DNA of 64,000 nucleotides from Bacteroidales bacterium (GTDB lineage Bacteria; Bacteroidota; Bacteroidia; Bacteroidales; P3): NCBI GenBank assembly GCA_017550405.1, contig JAFZPH010000019.1:35075-99074 (forward strand), in the 5' to 3' direction. The notes beneath the pieces are model-generated. The model saw nothing but the letters and a program-made list of their open reading frames with translations. It did not search any database and was not told the origin of the DNA. This document shows positions 44,204 through 53,823 of the stretch, piece by piece. A program made the position numbers and the translations under genes. Each line of letters begins with the position of its first letter. Positions within the stretch are counted from its first letter, which is position 1.

Positions 44204-44233
44204 AAAAAAAGAGTCGCCACATGAGCGACTCTT
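44204..44233 (-). terminator. Intrinsic terminator of the M13 peptidase gene
   Basis: The minus strand reads AAGAGTCGC-loop-GCGACTCTT followed by TTTTTTT. Confidence 0.75.
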
Positions 44234-44260
44234 AATGATATGAAAAAGAAAGGGATGCAA

Positions 44261-46312
44261 TTACCAGAGCTGAGCACGGAGTTCAGGAGCGAGGTACATG
44301 GCGCAACCAGGCTGGATGCCGAAAGCCTCGAGGAACTCAGTGATATGCGGCAAGGTGGCGTTCACACGGTTCTCGGCCAGGCTGTGGACATCGGCAGCCG
44401 TAAGCTGCAGTTTGGCCTCCTCGCGGATGTTGCTGGCCCATACACCGGCATAGGCGAGGAAGAATCGCTGGGCGGGGGTGAAACCATCCATTTCCTTGTC
44501 GTTGACCTGGCGCTTGGCAAGCGCATTCTGCAGTGCTTGGTAGCTGATGTGCAGACCACCGTTGTCGGCGATGTTCTCACCAAGAGTGAGCTGGCCATTG
44601 GCATAGGTAAGAGGATCGTCACTGACTTTAACCTTGTTGAACCAATCGACAAGCACCTGGGCGTTGGCCTTGAAGCGGACGGTATCCTCGTCCTCCCACC
44701 AGTCGTTCAGGTTGCCGTCTTTGTCGTAGTGGCGGCCTTGGTCGTCGAAGCCATGGGTCATCTCATGTCCGATAACCACACCGATGGCACCATAGTTAAA
44801 GGCGTCGTCGGCATTCATGTCGAAGAAGGGTTTCTGCAGAATACCGGCCGGGAAGCAAATCTCGTTGGTGGTGGGGTTATAGTATGCATTAACCGTCTGG
44901 GGAGTCATGCCCCACTCGGTCTTGTCAACGGGCTTGTCGATCTTGGACACCATGTAGGCAATGTCGAACTGGTTGCTGCGGACAACATTGGCGAAGTAGC
45001 TGTCCTTCTTGATTTCAAGACCGCTGTAGTCTCTCCACTTGTCGGGATAACCTACTTTCACCATGATGGTGGAGAGTTTCTCGATAGCACGCTTTTTGGT
45101 GCCTTCACTCATCCATTTGGCATCATGGATACGCATGGCAAAAGCCTCTTTCAAGTTGTTGACCATCTCAACCATGCGGTGCTTGGCTTCCGGGGGGAAG
45201 AATCGGGCCACATAGAGTTCACCCAGCGCTTCGCCCATGGCACCGTCGACAGTACTGGTGACGCGTTTCCAGCGGGGACGCAACTGCTCGGCTCCACTGA
45301 GGGTGCGGCCGTAGAAGTCGAAATTGGTGTTGACGAAGTTACTGCTCAGATACGGTGCAGCAGTGTTGATGACATTCCAAGCGTAATAAGCCTTAACGGC
45401 ATCAAGACTTTTGGGCTCATTCAGCACCTTGCCCACTTCACTGAAGTATTCGGGCTGGCACATGTTGAAGCTGGTGAGCTTGGGAAGACCGATTTCTGAG
45501 AAATAAGACTTGAGGTCGATGCCAGCGGCACGCACAGCAGCAGTGTCGAAGTTCATCTTGTTGAAAGTCTTGAAGGGGTCACGGTTCTCCTCGTTGGAGT
45601 ATTGGGACTTGGCCAAACGGGTTTCAAGGTCCATGACCATTTTGGCGAGCTGTGCAGGGGTCTTGCCACTGATTTTGTCATAACCCGCATTGGCAAATTG
45701 GGCTTCCATCAAGGCGACGTAAGCCTTGCGCAACTCGGGTTCGCGGCCCTTGCTTTCCAGATAGTAGTCGCGCTCACCCATGCCTATGCCGGACTGGTAG
45801 AGCCAAGCAATGCACTGGTTGGCGTCGTTGGCGTCAGCCTCGTTGAAGATGGCGAAGAAGGGATTGATGCCAATACCGTGCAGACGGCGCATCTCAGGCT
45901 GAAGTTCATCAACGCTCTTGATGGCGGCGATTTCGTTCAGGTAAGGCATGATGGGTTCGGCACCCTGTTTCTCGATGGTGACAGTGTCCATACCCACAGA
46001 ATAGAGAGTGGCAATTTTGTCGCCATAGCTGCCAGGGTCGTTCTTGGTATTGACGAGCGAGTCGATAAGGGTACGCAACTGTTCCTGATTGGTCTCGGCC
46101 AACACGTCGAAAGCCCCATAGCGGCTGTGTTCGGCATCCAGCGGGTGAGCTTTCAGCCATCCGCCGCAAGCGTAGTGATAGAAATCCTCGGCAGGGTTGA
46201 CTGTCGTGTCGAGGTTGTCAAGATTGACACCCGAGGTCAACTCGGTACCCTTGTTACATGCTGTAACAGCAAAGAGCGATAGTGTCATGATTGTTAATAC
46301 TGTTTTCTTCAT
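44261..46312 (-). CDS. pepO: M13-family (neprilysin/PepO-like) metalloendopeptidase lipoprotein
   Basis: Lipobox AVTAC, HEMTHGFD zinc motif and GENIADNGG. It ends ...LRAQLW. I chose the ATG at 46312. Confidence 0.88.
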   Translation of the reverse strand: MKKTVLTIMTLSLFAVTACNKGTELTSGVNLDNLDTTVNPAEDFYHYACGGWLKAHPLDAEHSRYGAFDVLAETNQEQLRTLIDSLVNTKNDPGSYGDKIATLYSVGMDTVTIEKQGAEPIMPYLNEIAAIKSVDELQPEMRRLHGIGINPFFAIFNEADANDANQCIAWLYQSGIGMGERDYYLESKGREPELRKAYVALMEAQFANAGYDKISGKTPAQLAKMVMDLETRLAKSQYSNEENRDPFKTFNKMNFDTAAVRAAGIDLKSYFSEIGLPKLTSFNMCQPEYFSEVGKVLNEPKSLDAVKAYYAWNVINTAAPYLSSNFVNTNFDFYGRTLSGAEQLRPRWKRVTSTVDGAMGEALGELYVARFFPPEAKHRMVEMVNNLKEAFAMRIHDAKWMSEGTKKRAIEKLSTIMVKVGYPDKWRDYSGLEIKKDSYFANVVRSNQFDIAYMVSKIDKPVDKTEWGMTPQTVNAYYNPTTNEICFPAGILQKPFFDMNADDAFNYGAIGVVIGHEMTHGFDDQGRHYDKDGNLNDWWEDEDTVRFKANAQVLVDWFNKVKVSDDPLTYANGQLTLGENIADNGGLHISYQALQNALAKRQVNDKEMDGFTPAQRFFLAYAGVWASNIREEAKLQLTAADVHSLAENRVNATLPHITEFLEAFGIQPGCAMYLAPELRAQLW

Positions 46313-46583
46313 TATGTTATATGAATTATAAATTAATCTTGTTCTATTTTCTGTGCGAATATGTACATTCCCTGTCCAATGGCACATGCCAATTCAATAG
46401 GTAATTGTACTATAGACACATAGTAGAGTAATATGTCCAAAATTCAATATGCAAAAATACATTTTTTTTTTCGATTATCAATAAAAAACATAACCATCCA
46501 TTGTTGTCGGGTATCTTTCACATCAAATACTGATTGTTCAAATCAAGTAAAAACATTATCTTTGTAGCTTCAACTCTATCACT

Positions 46584-47276
46584 ATGACACAAGGTAATAA
46601 TAACGACAACAGCAAGTTCAGTATCCGTTCATTCGTCAAGCGATTGGACAAATTCGGTATAAAGACCCACAAAAAAATGCTTAGCGATGCTTTCATCGGG
46701 ACCGATTTCTCCGATAGTGCAGTACGATGGATGCGTTTTGGAATAGGTTTCTTTTCCGACATCATCCTCTCGTTCAAGTCGTCAGTTCATCTTGACAACT
46801 ACAAAGGGAACGACCGAATCGTCAATGCCTACAAGGATGCCATCAACAACTTTCATCTGCACACCGACCGCAAAAGATACATTCTGGCAGGTGTCGACCT
46901 CCATACGATAGGCGATTTCTATTCCCATACCAACTATATCGACCTCTACAGTCTTTATTCCCGTGAACGGGGCCTTTCAATGGAAAAGATTGATATTCCA
47001 GAGTTCTCCAAGATGATGGACCAGCAAGACTTCCTAATGTTCGCCGAAGCCAAAGGAGGTTTACGTGCCGGCACCTATGGAGTCGTTAGCGACTTGATTG
47101 AAAAGATCTTCAAAACCAAACCCAAGGAGGGTTCCCATACCTTGATGAATCTCGACACTAACAAGTCTATCAACGGGGGCAAACCTTATGCTCCCGGAGC
47201 CACTTTTACTAAACATGAAGCCAGTGTGGCTGTTGCCACAACCGAATGCTGCAACCTGCTTCAGCGACTGTTGTAA
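46584..47276 (+). CDS. Hypothetical protein with His-rich metal-site-like motifs
   Basis: 230 aa with HLD..., HTIGDFYSHTNY and SHTLMNLD. I am not confident of the family. Confidence 0.55.
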   Translation: MTQGNNNDNSKFSIRSFVKRLDKFGIKTHKKMLSDAFIGTDFSDSAVRWMRFGIGFFSDIILSFKSSVHLDNYKGNDRIVNAYKDAINNFHLHTDRKRYILAGVDLHTIGDFYSHTNYIDLYSLYSRERGLSMEKIDIPEFSKMMDQQDFLMFAEAKGGLRAGTYGVVSDLIEKIFKTKPKEGSHTLMNLDTNKSINGGKPYAPGATFTKHEASVAVATTECCNLLQRLL

Positions 47277-47320
47277 CAGCCGCCTGAAAGAAATGCACGG
47301 TCTCCCCTATGCACTTCACA

Positions 47321-48043
47321 TCATCTCTTCTTGCGGGACAGGCAACGGTATTCTCTGTGTGCTTTTCTCAATAGTCTCATGAAACGTTTGTCGGCATGCA
47401 GTCGGGCGATGGCGGCACTGGCGGCCAGTCGTCCGGCATCCACATCGCTCTGCCAGTGATAGCCTGCTATCACACGACTCTGACCGTACATGAATCCTCG
47501 TGCCAGAATGGTATCTGCCCTGTCGGGATTCAGTTCTGTCAGTAGTAACGCTGCGCACCACCCTTCTATTGTATGCCCCGAAGGGTACGAACCGTTGTAT
47601 CGAAGTTCATCCTCATCTTGTGGATAGATAGTAGGCTCACCATAATAGACGTATGGGCGTGTACGCTTATAGAAATCTTTAGGCAGTTTCCCCACCATGT
47701 CGGCGGTGATAAGTCCCACATACAGCATACGGAAAATTGCCGGTGTGGCCTCTTTTGAGATGGTCATGCCAAAAGGCTCGCTAAACTCACGGCAGATACA
47801 ATCAATGCTCCAATCGGCATCGCGTACCGCAATGGCGAGCCGTGCCGAGTCCAACCGTTGCTCCTTGCCCCAGCGGTATTGCGACTGGTCGTAAGCAAAA
47901 GCATCCGACAGCGTGTCAGGTGGGGGTGGGAGGAACCGAACAGGGTTGGGCATCTGCTGAGGAGTGAGCAAAGGCAAGGGCTCTTGCGAGCGGACACTTA
48001 GAGTCACTGCCAGCAATAGAAAGAGAAATAAAGTGTCTTTCAT
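47321..48043 (-). CDS. Class A acid phosphatase (PAP2 superfamily)
   Basis: KRTRPY, PSGH and SRVIAGYHWQSD motifs, with signal peptide MKDTLFLFLLLAVTLSVRSQ. Confidence 0.85.
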   Translation of the reverse strand: MKDTLFLFLLLAVTLSVRSQEPLPLLTPQQMPNPVRFLPPPPDTLSDAFAYDQSQYRWGKEQRLDSARLAIAVRDADWSIDCICREFSEPFGMTISKEATPAIFRMLYVGLITADMVGKLPKDFYKRTRPYVYYGEPTIYPQDEDELRYNGSYPSGHTIEGWCAALLLTELNPDRADTILARGFMYGQSRVIAGYHWQSDVDAGRLAASAAIARLHADKRFMRLLRKAHREYRCLSRKKR

Positions 48044-48059
48044 TGTAAAGTCATTCATA

Positions 48060-48896
48060 CTACAAATAACGTTTCGGCTCAGACGCATTGACACAGGCAA
48101 AGAGCTCGATATACTCCTTAGCGGGACTGGAGTTAATCTTAGGCAACAAGACCTCCTCTATCTGAAAGAGGCCTACTTCCGCCGACATCTGGACGACAAT
48201 CTGGACGGGGCGTTTGTTGCCTTTCTGAATCAGTACACGGTCAATCGAGTTGGCGGAATACTTATGGATGTCACCCATCTTGGGGGCGGTGTTAATCTCG
48301 ATGGGTACACGTGCACGGCCTTTGGTCATGTCGCAGCCGTCCGCAATGAGAACAATGCCCGCCTCAATTGTATGAACCTTACGGGTACCCATGTGACCGA
48401 GGATACCCTCCATGGCGGTGGAACGGATGACAACACGTCGCATTAAATCGCTTTCGTCTGGCAGGTTTTTCAGCAGGATGCTGTCGATGATGTTGTAGGC
48501 CAGGATGCCCGAGTATAGCTCATGGTCCTGACGACCTATAGTCATGCCAAAGTCATGGCAGAACGAGGCAAGCGCCACGGCTGTGACGCTATCGTCAAAT
48601 GTTCCCACCTGCTCCTTTTGGAGACTGGTGGGGATGCCGGCAGTGTACAGCAGTTTGAGCATCCGCAAGGCATTATGGCAAACCGTACGCATGTGTACAG
48701 GGCCATGATCGTTAAAGCCAAGTCGGGTGATGGAAACCTTGTTGGCGTAGTCCTGAACAGCTTGTATTTCCTTGTTGTTAATCAGGTCGCGGATGACATG
48801 CAGCGGCAGGTTATCCTCCTCAGGGGTGATGTCAACAAGCTCCTTCGTCAGACGCATCAGCCACTGCTCGACCGTTATTTCTTTAGGTGATTTCAT
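48060..48896 (-). CDS. HD-domain phosphohydrolase
   Basis: HGPVHMRTV ... FCHDFGM (H...HD). I chose the ATG at 48896 because a -7 box (48901-48908, minus strand) lies directly upstream of it. Confidence 0.7.
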   Translation of the reverse strand: MKSPKEITVEQWLMRLTKELVDITPEEDNLPLHVIRDLINNKEIQAVQDYANKVSITRLGFNDHGPVHMRTVCHNALRMLKLLYTAGIPTSLQKEQVGTFDDSVTAVALASFCHDFGMTIGRQDHELYSGILAYNIIDSILLKNLPDESDLMRRVVIRSTAMEGILGHMGTRKVHTIEAGIVLIADGCDMTKGRARVPIEINTAPKMGDIHKYSANSIDRVLIQKGNKRPVQIVVQMSAEVGLFQIEEVLLPKINSSPAKEYIELFACVNASEPKRYL

Positions 48897-49011
48897 ATTG
48901 CAAAAATACACAATTATTGTCACATTACAGAAAAAATCACCAAGAATATGTCTATCTCAATCTATACTTGGCATCTCAGCCTTGTCGCCAACTATCAAAA
49001 ATAGCAAGCAT

Positions 49012-49215
49012 TATAAAAGAAAGGGAGAACCCGATTGGACTCTCCCTTTCTTATTATTGCTCTCCGCGAGCACGCGGTTAGTACATTCCACCCATACTGG
49101 GATTGTACCCACTTCAGTCTCGTAAGATACCCGATGACGAGAACGGCGAAAGCTTTCCCTGTCAAGTTTAGCACCCAAAACTCATTCTAAACATCCTCGA
49201 CAGTGGCTCCAGTAA
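49012..49215 (-). ncRNA. Candidate structured small RNA of unknown family
   Basis: ORF-free. Minus-strand terminator GAAAGGGAGA-loop-TCTCCCTTTC plus TTTT at 49012-49050, preceded by several stems (GTTTAG/CTAAAC, GAAAGCTTTC, CTCGT/ACGAG, CCCA/TGGG). Confidence 0.25.
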
Positions 49216-49261
49216 ATTACATAATATTATAAATTTATTTTGCCACATCTAATTTAATTTG

Positions 49262-49269
49262 TATCTTTG
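49262..49269 (+). promoter_or_regulatory. -7 box for higB-higA
   Basis: TATCTTTG lies 26 nt upstream of the ATG at 49295. Confidence 0.55.
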
Positions 49270-49294
49270 CATTGTCAAAATATGTATTTCTGAG

Positions 49295-49591
49295 ATGAGA
49301 ATTGTTTCAAAAAAGACGATAAATCAATACGTTGTAAATAACCCACAGGCTATGAGGCCTCTTGACGACTGGTATAAAAAGACAAAAGAAGCCGACTGGC
49401 ACAATTTCGCCGACATACGCCGCACTTTCGCTACAGTGTCACAAGTGGGGAACGACCGCTATGTGTTTAACATAAAGGGCAACGACTACCGCTTGGTGGT
49501 AATCATACTCTTCACACCACATACGGTCTACATCCGCTTTATCGGGACACACGAAGAATATGACAAAATAAAAGACATTCAAAACATTTGA
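49295..49591 (+). CDS. higB: Type II toxin HigB (mRNA interferase family)
   Basis: MRIVSKKTINQYV...DWYKKTKEADWHNFADIRRTF...YVFNIKGNDYRLVV...IRFIGTHEEYDKI. Confidence 0.8.
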   Translation: MRIVSKKTINQYVVNNPQAMRPLDDWYKKTKEADWHNFADIRRTFATVSQVGNDRYVFNIKGNDYRLVVIILFTPHTVYIRFIGTHEEYDKIKDIQNI

Positions 49592-49594
49592 GAT

Positions 49595-49966
49595 ATGGCA
49601 CATATTAAGAACGAAGCAGCCTACGAGGCCGCAATGGCAAGAATAGAAGAACTACTGAAAGTGGTGTCGGACGATATGCCGTTGACCGACCCACGCATGG
49701 CCGAACTGGATATGCTTTCTGAACTCGTGGAAGAATACGAGGACATCAACTATCCTTTCCCTCCGCCAGAGATGATGCTTACCGAGGCAATCAAAGAGAG
49801 CCTTCACAAAAAGAAAATGACTCAGCGTGAAGCGGCCGCCCTCTTAGGTATATCGGCACCGCATTTCAGCGAGATTATACGTGGCAAGACAGAACCATCC
49901 CTGCCATTAGCACGTAACATTAGCCGCAAACTCGGCATCCCCGCAGAGGTAGTGCTGGGTGTATAG
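49595..49966 (+). CDS. higA: Antitoxin HigA (HTH, XRE-like)
   Basis: Lies 3 nt after higB. C-terminal HTH MTQREAAALLGISAPHFSEIIRGK. Confidence 0.8.
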   Translation: MAHIKNEAAYEAAMARIEELLKVVSDDMPLTDPRMAELDMLSELVEEYEDINYPFPPPEMMLTEAIKESLHKKKMTQREAAALLGISAPHFSEIIRGKTEPSLPLARNISRKLGIPAEVVLGV

Positions 49967-50036
49967 CACATTTATAAACAGCTGATTTGCGGCATCGAAT
50001 AATAATTCTCGACAATTATGTGCATTGGCAGCCATA

Positions 50037-51797
50037 TCAAAACGGCAAGTCCTCGTAGTCATGGTCATCTTTGATTTCGTCTGCCACCTTCCCTTTTTGC
50101 ACATTCATAATCTTTTTATAAATACAAACCTTTAAATCTCTCACTTTATCATTTTGTGTAGGACATTTGTTAAGATAGGCGTAAGCTTTTAGCAAGTCTG
50201 CAAACACATCCTCCTGCTCATAGATTAAATCCAAATTGCGTCTTTTATAATCCCCGTAGTCTTGATAATATAATAAACCTAAATTGTAGTAGGCATATTG
50301 CAAAACCAAGCTACAATAGGTATCTTTCTCTTTCTTGCTCTCGCGCTCTTCCGCCTCCTGTCTATAACATTCATCAATTGCCTTTAAGTATAGTTCCTCT
50401 GCCCTGTAAATCTGTGGTGCCCCTGTGTAAACAACTGAATGTTCTGTCACAGCTGCATTGTATAACCCAATTAAATGCCCAGACAGTGCTGCCTGATGTG
50501 TATAATTAAGGAAACGAAAGATTTCACCTTCTGCGTAGTACCAAAGGGACAGATTCACCATACTGTTTGCCACACCATGTTCTGCTGCCAGTTTGAAGTA
50601 TTCAATGGCTTTCTCAACATCCTTATTGAGCAGTTTAATTGCAATATTATTATAGGCTTCATATACTCCGTTGTTTGCAGCATTTAACAATTTGTCCTCT
50701 ATAGTTCCTTCTATGGAGTTATTGCACTGTTTCAAGACATCTTCTATTGGTTCCAAGAAAACCTGACCGTGAATACCAATCGGCCTGGGGGCTTGGGGAG
50801 CCACAAGACCCATATCAGAGCTCAGCGCATTTTCAATATATTCAATATTATCTCCTAATGGAAAATGTTCTGACGAATAGTCTACATAAAAATGCGTATT
50901 GCAATAGTGTTCAACTACGTCTTTACAATTAGGGCAGAATGAAACTTCACCACCATAAGCAACATGTCTATAACCAAACCAAATGAGTTTGGAGGAATCC
51001 ATACCACATTTCAGGCACGGGAGATGTTTCTCGATTTCAAAGTCTGTCATCAAAGCATCTGGAAGTAATGATTCCAGTGTGGACAGTAGACTCTGTTTAT
51101 TATCCAGAAATCCTGTGTACCAAATATGATCTCCAGTGAAAACAATCCGTTGAATTTTTGCTTGAGTGTTAAATGAAAAAAGTACAAGCGATGAACCGCA
51201 ATAACGTTTTTCTTCATTGTAGAACAATATTTGCAAAGCCTCAGTCTGGAAGTACTTGGCTTTTACAACCTTGTATTTATGGGTATTACTCTTATCAGAT
51301 TGACGCTTCAACCAGTTGTTCCAATAATACTCAACATTGGATTTGCCATTGGTTCTGTCAAATAGTTTTTCGTCATACAATACTTGATATACATTGTCGT
51401 CCAACATAGAAAAGAAAGATGAAAGATCTTTCCCGAACATACCATTTGCCATACATAAAGATGCATTTTTCTGAAGCGTGTTATCAAGTCCACTTTCAAC
51501 ATCTATCTTATCAACTTTCAGTTCTTTATATTCTTTTTCAAAATCATATTTTGTTTTCAGAGATTTTTTCAGTATAGTTCTATTGCGACGCTCTTGGGGG
51601 TCAAACGCCAATATCAATCCTAAAAAAATGCAAGCGATAGGGTATATGGGTAGTGGTAAGACTATTTTCCAAAGAGATCTCTTCTCTATTAAACTACCCC
51701 ACGGCCTAGGGTCATGCTGCCTACGGTATAAGACAATAAACATTATGGCTATCGCTACAACACAATAGGCAATTAAGATAATACTAAATGTGCTCAT
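50037..51797 (-). CDS. Membrane-anchored protein with a CxxC...CxxC zinc-ribbon-like motif and Sel1-like repeats
   Basis: Two N-terminal TM helices, CLKCG...CPNCK, and a C-terminal AIEYFKLAAEHGVANSMVNLSLWYYAEG (Sel1-like). Confidence 0.6.
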   Translation of the reverse strand: MSTFSIILIAYCVVAIAIMFIVLYRRQHDPRPWGSLIEKRSLWKIVLPLPIYPIACIFLGLILAFDPQERRNRTILKKSLKTKYDFEKEYKELKVDKIDVESGLDNTLQKNASLCMANGMFGKDLSSFFSMLDDNVYQVLYDEKLFDRTNGKSNVEYYWNNWLKRQSDKSNTHKYKVVKAKYFQTEALQILFYNEEKRYCGSSLVLFSFNTQAKIQRIVFTGDHIWYTGFLDNKQSLLSTLESLLPDALMTDFEIEKHLPCLKCGMDSSKLIWFGYRHVAYGGEVSFCPNCKDVVEHYCNTHFYVDYSSEHFPLGDNIEYIENALSSDMGLVAPQAPRPIGIHGQVFLEPIEDVLKQCNNSIEGTIEDKLLNAANNGVYEAYNNIAIKLLNKDVEKAIEYFKLAAEHGVANSMVNLSLWYYAEGEIFRFLNYTHQAALSGHLIGLYNAAVTEHSVVYTGAPQIYRAEELYLKAIDECYRQEAEERESKKEKDTYCSLVLQYAYYNLGLLYYQDYGDYKRRNLDLIYEQEDVFADLLKAYAYLNKCPTQNDKVRDLKVCIYKKIMNVQKGKVADEIKDDHDYEDLPF

Positions 51798-51823
51798 TGT
51801 TTCAAAATTTATTCCGTTAATAA

Positions 51824-52344
51824 TTAATATCTACGTATTGGCTCGGTGCAACATTCTTCCATTTCTTCTTTGCAGTAGTCGCATAATCCCAATCCCTTAT
51901 CGCAAAACCCAAAGCCTTTTGCCGAATAGGTAGGCATACTCAATCTATAACATTTACTATTCCAATGATAAATGCCATTTGGTTCGTCTACATACCATTT
52001 GGTGCATTCAAACTCGTATTTCTTATTATGGTTGTTGGTTTATGAGTCACAAAGAAGAAAACTATAATAAACCAAACTGATGCAATAATATCTATCACAG
52101 TCCATAGCATTTTGCTGTGAAAGTAAACGGGAATAATGGGGTTGAATAGTATGCCAACAATACCAGTTGTTACATTGCTATAATTGAATCCCATTTTATG
52201 GCTATCAATAATGATTACAATGGATGCAACAAACACAACTATTCGCAAAAAGGTATAATAGCCTATTGGTAGATGGAAACAACCTATTACCAATAGTAAA
52301 GCCGTAATAAGGCAGATGATAGTCGATGTCTTTTTATTAATCAT
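51824..52344 (-). pseudogene. Frameshifted paralogue of the 52648-53220 membrane/Cys-His-rich protein
   Basis: Frame A (52344 to 51988) encodes the TM helices and then stops. A second frame (52039 to 51824) encodes NNHNKKYEFECTKWYVDEPNGIYHWNSKC...CDYCKEE, which aligns with NNHNKQYKFDCAEWYVDEENHLYHWNKKC...CDYCKDE of the neighbouring gene. Confidence 0.6.
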
Positions 52345-52621
52345 CAAAAAAACTGTTTTTGATACTTTGTCCTGTACCTGTAACAAACCCTATTGAAGAG
52401 AGTATCGTGGCTGTCCACCAAAAGAAATTGTATCCACCAGCACATTCGCTTGCCTTAATCAAACAACCTGTGAATACATGTCTGATTAGGTTGGGGACGA
52501 AATTCATACCATGCCAAAGGCCGCCTAACCAATGATAGGTTTTCTCAGGGTCAATGTCACACCAAAGCCAGCTTAAAAACACGGCTACTACAATAAAAGT
52601 CAAAATACGCTGAATCATCAT
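52337..52621 (-). CDS. Small hypothetical membrane protein
   Basis: 94 aa with 2-3 hydrophobic helices. Its stop overlaps the next start (ATGATTAA). Confidence 0.5.
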   Translation of the reverse strand: MMIQRILTFIVVAVFLSWLWCDIDPEKTYHWLGGLWHGMNFVPNLIRHVFTGCLIKASECAGGYNFFWWTATILSSIGFVTGTGQSIKNSFFDD

Positions 52622-52647
52622 TTGTTTGTATTGATAATTTATTATTT

Positions 52648-53220
52648 TTAAGGTCTACGAATTGGCTTATACGATGACTCATAATCATCAAGTTCATCTT
52701 TGCAATAGTCACAAAACACCAGTCCTTGGCCACGAATTTCATAGCCCTTGGCAACATGGGTTGTTGAGCCAATCTTGTCGCATTTCTTATTCCAGTGATA
52801 GAGATGATTCTCTTCGTCAACATACCACTCAGCACAATCGAACTTGTACTGTTTATTATGGTTGTTGGTAACAAAACACAAGGTGATGCCAAGTCCAATC
52901 AGTACAATGCCCCATATAACGGTTAGTGAATAATGGGGGGCTCTTTCCTTGCTCACTCTATATAATAGCAAACGGTCTATTACAAGGATTAATGAGATAA
53001 TGTAGGCAAGGAACAAAAGAGAAAAACCACTGACCAGCGAAAACAGACTACACACAATATCCCAATGGCAAAGAAATGTTAGTCCCAAAAGCACAAGGAA
53101 TATCGGTGTGCCAACTAATACAATTGGGATGGCAAAGCCGGAGACGAAATCGTAAAAATCTCCAGTTATTCGGATGAAAAAGGATTCCCGTTCCTCAATT
53201 ATATTATCCTTGTCACTCAT
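52648..53220 (-). CDS. Membrane protein with a C-terminal Cys/His-rich (zinc-ribbon-like) domain
   Basis: 190 aa with four hydrophobic helices, then FDCAEWYVDEENHLYHWNKKCDK...VFCDYCKDE. Confidence 0.6.
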   Translation of the reverse strand: MSDKDNIIEERESFFIRITGDFYDFVSGFAIPIVLVGTPIFLVLLGLTFLCHWDIVCSLFSLVSGFSLLFLAYIISLILVIDRLLLYRVSKERAPHYSLTVIWGIVLIGLGITLCFVTNNHNKQYKFDCAEWYVDEENHLYHWNKKCDKIGSTTHVAKGYEIRGQGLVFCDYCKDELDDYESSYKPIRRP

Positions 53221-53229
53221 AATCGAATA

Positions 53230-53823
53230 CTAAATGTTGGGGCAATAACCGCCATTCTCAAAGTATGACAACACTGCTCCCATAAGTTTTAAATCTGCAC
53301 TTTTCTCCGCACCCTCTTTGAAGTAATACATACATGCATATACCGCAATCTTTCCTAATCCCATTTTGTCAGCAATTTGGTAGCAGTAGTTTATTTCTTC
53401 TGGTGTACATACACCGTCGGCAAGCATCATTGAGATTACCATCTGCAAATGTCCATACCTTTTCTTTTTTGATTTTGGGTATGGGATGTATTCCCAAGCA
53501 TCAATTATCTTACGAATAAATGTTACATCATGATTACTTATAATTAATAAATAAGCAAGATTATCAAGAGGGGAAGGGAAATACTCACCTTGAAAAAAAA
53601 AACCAGACTTAACAAAACCAATCTTTTTCTCTATAGAAAAAAGGAAATCTTTCTCTTCGACAGACACTTTTCCATCTGCAATTGCAATCAGTAACAAGTC
53701 AGCATACAGACGTTCTTTTACTTTATTGACATTTTCCGCATTAAGTTCCTTAAAACGTCTTATTGGTTCTATTATGAAGTAAAAAGCCGCAATAGCGCCA
53801 ATAACAATATACAAAACAACCAT
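53230..53823 (-). CDS. TM-anchored TerB-like (tellurite-resistance TerB / DjlA-N type) protein
   Basis: Two ADG-x-[VC]-x-x-EE repeats: IAIADGKVSVEEKDFL and MMLADGVCTPEEINYCYQIA. I chose the ATG at 53823. Confidence 0.5.
   Translation of the reverse strand: MVVLYIVIGAIAAFYFIIEPIRRFKELNAENVNKVKERLYADLLLIAIADGKVSVEEKDFLFSIEKKIGFVKSGFFFQGEYFPSPLDNLAYLLIISNHDVTFIRKIIDAWEYIPYPKSKKKRYGHLQMVISMMLADGVCTPEEINYCYQIADKMGLGKIAVYACMYYFKEGAEKSADLKLMGAVLSYFENGGYCPNI

Noticed and set aside
49195-49215. A cobalamin riboswitch, prompted by GCCACTG in the candidate sRNA.
   Set aside because: The other conserved B12 elements (a GGTG.AA.TCC-type core and a B12 box in the proper order) are absent. The downstream HD gene also has its own promoter immediately upstream of its ATG.
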